A stretch of 53,718 nt of DNA, taken from assembly GCA_019894955.1 (NCBI GenBank), contig JAGXNQ010000001.1, positions 1-53,718 on the forward strand, given 5' to 3'. Shown piece after piece: positions 51,589 to 53,718 of the stretch. The DNA is from Promethearchaeota archaeon (GTDB lineage Archaea; Asgardarchaeota; Lokiarchaeia; Sigyniarchaeales; SOKP01). The notes beneath the pieces were generated by a model. The model searched no databases. It saw only the letters and a list, made by a program, of their open reading frames with translations, and was not told the DNA's origin. A program made the position numbers and the translations under genes. Position 1 is the stretch's first letter. Each line of letters begins with the position of its first letter.

Positions 51589-52962
51589 TTAAATCTCTTC
51601 TCTCAATTTGATGATTTTTCGCTTTAATTTTTTAATTCGAGGATCAGGAACACTATAAATCAAATCATCTTCCATAATTTTAATGGCATTTTGGTATTTG
51701 TGAATAGCTTTAATATAATCCTTATTCTTTTCCGATTTTTCTCCCGTTTCAATAGAAAATTCAAGTTCTATTGCTTTTACCTTCTTCTCAGAATTAAATA
51801 GAAGGCGGGAAGCACTTTTTTCTTCCTCTCTAAATTTGAATTCTCTTGATAGAATTACGGCTTTTTTATATTCTTTTTCAGCATTTTGATAAGCTAACGA
51901 GCGTTCAGCCGATTTTCCTTTCTTTAGTATTTCTTTAATAATCTCCTTTCCTGTATATTCGTCCACATTTTGAATTTTATTTTTTAATTCAACCAAATCC
52001 TCGTCATTAATAATCATTGAAGATATTGGTTGCATTTTAATCTCACGTTTCTGTGTGGTATCGTGCTTTTTTTCTAAATCGCTTAAAATCGTTTCTATTG
52101 GCATTGTTATAATGATTTTTTTTTCAAATAATTGATAAATTTCATATAAAATTACTTTTAGTTGAATGTGGGCTATTTTCTCAACTTTATTTAAGAGAGT
52201 ATTTATATAAAAAAATGGTTTATCACTTAAGGACTCCTTTGCTAATTCAAATATTGCTTTTTGAACCCAATTTTCATTAATTTGCTCTAATATCTCAGGA
52301 GGAATAGCATAGGTTAGTGTCATAGGGAATACTAAATCAATGTTAAATGAGTCGATAATATAATCATTCATTCCTTCATCATTAAAAAGACCTGTCTCTC
52401 GTAGTGTTGTAAAATTATCATTAAAGGTATCTTCAAAGATATCTAAAAACGGATCTACATTTGTTCTCATATGTGGAGAGGCCTTATGATCGAGAATCAA
52501 ACAAATCCGTATGAATTCTCCATTTTTTAGTAATATATTAAAATCATTATACTGAAATTCATAAAAGCGATGTTCTATAATGGACGCATCTGTATTACCC
52601 GATACTTCATTTGATTCCGAGAAGGTTATATTTGCTTGAATAAATCCACTCAGTAAACTAGCATCAATTTCTGCACTAGATACGGGATAATTCAATAATG
52701 ATAATCCAGATTCATTATCCATAATAATAATATGTTTAATATTGAGTACATCGAGAAATTTTTGCCAGATGGATTCTCTTTCCATTTCTTGACGTTTATC
52801 ATCAGAGATGATTTTTAATATTTTTAAATTAGTGGTTATTTCAAATCCAATTTCCTTTATTTTATCAATAATACATATTCTACAAGAGATATCTTTATTA
52901 GCGCAAGTTCTTTTGTCGTTTCGACAATTAAATCCTAATCCATTTATTATGAAATAAACCAT
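51589..52962 (-). CDS. Multidomain hypothetical protein: N-terminal Cys4 cluster, longin-like domain (paralogue of 9982-10716), winged-helix-like segment, C-terminal TPR-like helical repeats
   Basis: The N-terminal cluster is NCRNDKRTCANKDISCRIC. The longin-like segment HIIIMDNESGLSLLNYPVSSAEIDASLLSGFIQANITFSES...FIRICLILDHKASPHMRTNVDPFLDIFEDTF aligns with the 244-aa protein, sharing SG..L, LLSGF..A..FS.E and an F...F tail. The C-terminus contains AERSLAYQNAEKEYKKAVILS...YIKAIHKYQNAIKIMED. Confidence 0.6.
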   Translation of the reverse strand: MVYFIINGLGFNCRNDKRTCANKDISCRICIIDKIKEIGFEITTNLKILKIISDDKRQEMERESIWQKFLDVLNIKHIIIMDNESGLSLLNYPVSSAEIDASLLSGFIQANITFSESNEVSGNTDASIIEHRFYEFQYNDFNILLKNGEFIRICLILDHKASPHMRTNVDPFLDIFEDTFNDNFTTLRETGLFNDEGMNDYIIDSFNIDLVFPMTLTYAIPPEILEQINENWVQKAIFELAKESLSDKPFFYINTLLNKVEKIAHIQLKVILYEIYQLFEKKIIITMPIETILSDLEKKHDTTQKREIKMQPISSMIINDEDLVELKNKIQNVDEYTGKEIIKEILKKGKSAERSLAYQNAEKEYKKAVILSREFKFREEEKSASRLLFNSEKKVKAIELEFSIETGEKSEKNKDYIKAIHKYQNAIKIMEDDLIYSVPDPRIKKLKRKIIKLREEI

Positions 52963-53113
52963 TTACTATCATCTAATAATTCTAAAAATTGAAGTTATAT
53001 ATTCTATTCTCTAACTCTAAATTAAAATTACATATTTTTAAATTATCATTTTAAAAAAACTACAAGATGATATATTTAGTCAATGTATAAACTATAAATT
53101 GGATTTTTTTTTA

Positions 53114-53257
53114 TTATTCAATCTGGATTTTAAATTCCTCCTTTTCGTCTAAAAACAAAAGGTGACATTCTTCATACCTTTTTTTAATCGGGGCTTTTCT
53201 ATATTCTAACATTCGTTCCCACTCTTCTCGGGTTATAGTAATTATATTGTCTTTCAT
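53114..53257 (-). CDS. Possible small ORF (47 aa) MKDNIITITREEWERMLEYRKAPIKKRYEECHLLFLDEKEEFKIQIE
   Basis: The ORF has ATG and TAA in a 540-nt gap. There is no motif and no clear RBS. Confidence 0.2.
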   Translation of the reverse strand: MKDNIITITREEWERMLEYRKAPIKKRYEECHLLFLDEKEEFKIQIE

Positions 53258-53503
53258 TTTATTTCAATTAAAAATTTAAGTATTATCAAAATAGATTATA
53301 TTGAAATATTTTACATTTTAAGAGTCCAATATTTAACGAGCATTTTTTAAAAAATAATGATCTGAAAAAAAGAAAATTCTAACTATTCAAAGGTAAATCA
53401 ACGATAATATTTTTCGAGGGTTTTTTATAGAAGATTTATTATATTAGTCTGATAAAATCATTTTTATGATGAAATTATCTAAAAAATAAAGGAGCTAAAA
53501 AAA

Positions 53504-53718
53504 TTGGATACAAAAAAGATTAAGTATAAGTGGTACCTAATTGGGAGCGTGGTTATTATTGGAACGATTTTTACATTGTTATATGTGATCTTCTGGTCTA
53601 CAATACAATATTCATTAACGCAATTACCTAATACCATGCTATCGGTTATTGCTAGCTTAATTAGAATCGTTGTATTGGGAATAATGAGTTTATTATTATT
53701 CAATAAATGGTTTAAACA
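53504..53718 (+). CDS. 5' end of a membrane protein CDS running out of the window
   Basis: A TTG start lies 8-9 nt after AGGAG. The ORF is open to the window end and encodes (M)DTKKIKYKWYLIGSVVIIGTIFTLLYVIFWS...MLSVIASLIRIVVLGIMSLLLFNKWFK, which gives two clean TM helices. It is more protein-like than the antisense 74-aa ORF at 53479-53703. Confidence 0.4.
   Translation, partial: MDTKKIKYKWYLIGSVVIIGTIFTLLYVIFWSTIQYSLTQLPNTMLSVIASLIRIVVLGIMSLLLFNKWFK

Noticed and set aside
53479-53703. 74-aa minus-strand ORF at the window end
   Set aside because: The opposite strand has an AGGAG-spaced TTG start and encodes two convincing TM helices that continue out of the window. The minus-strand product is N/I-rich low complexity.
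1-53718. Mobile elements, prophage, integrase, toxin-antitoxin or classical defence islands (RM, CRISPR-Cas, CBASS with effector)
   Set aside because: I found no transposase, integrase or recombinase motifs, no terminal inverted repeats, no cas or restriction-enzyme signatures, and no tRNA-flanked direct repeats suggestive of an integrated element. The NTase/radical-SAM operon is the only defence-like hint and is reported separately as speculative.

Overview
This is a visibly AT-rich, very compact archaeal chromosome segment. Genes abut or overlap by a few nt, and TTG and GTG starts are frequent. I found no rRNA, CRISPR array, transposase, integrase or prophage signal.

The backbone is core information processing:
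- Replication: Orc1/Cdc6 beside a candidate origin, and a divergent PolD DP1/DP2 pair.
- Transcription: rpoH-rpoB with an unsplit B subunit, TFE-alpha, MBF1 and a divergent NusA-like KH protein.
- RNA and translation: Cbf5, RtcB with archease, Pelota, NAC and a PUA protein.
- Other: the PAN proteasomal ATPase and class III ribonucleotide reductase NrdD.

Metabolic genes include carS, thiL, panB, ilvE, mfnA, a crotonase, and a GHMP kinase with an NDP-sugar-type nucleotidyltransferase. There are three tRNA genes (Leu-GAG, probable Thr-CGU, Lys-UUU). Two of them carry intervening sequences at non-canonical positions.

Interleaved with this backbone is a eukaryote-like signalling or trafficking layer:
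- Four Ras-superfamily small GTPases: a roadblock-GTPase fusion, a Rab-like GTPase with a repeat linker and zinc ribbon, an Arf/Sar-like GTPase with a roadblock-like tail, and a minimal Rab-like GTPase.
- Two paralogous longin-like plus winged-helix proteins.
- An SRPBCC/START-fold protein.

PolD together with unsplit RpoB and this GTPase, roadblock and longin expansion points to an Asgard (Lokiarchaeia-like) archaeon. That assignment is inference.

The most interesting candidates are:
- An ORF-track-missed 50-codon ORF with a near-consensus WH2/beta-thymosin motif.
- A coiled-coil protein with a (PPGG)n tract and a C-terminal amphipathic helix.
- The 43-53 kb GTPase island with zinc-ribbon, roadblock, longin and START-fold partners.
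- A translationally coupled nucleotidyltransferase / atypical radical-SAM / GNAT operon.
- A DP1-coupled protein with a winged-helix-like half and a SWIM-like half.
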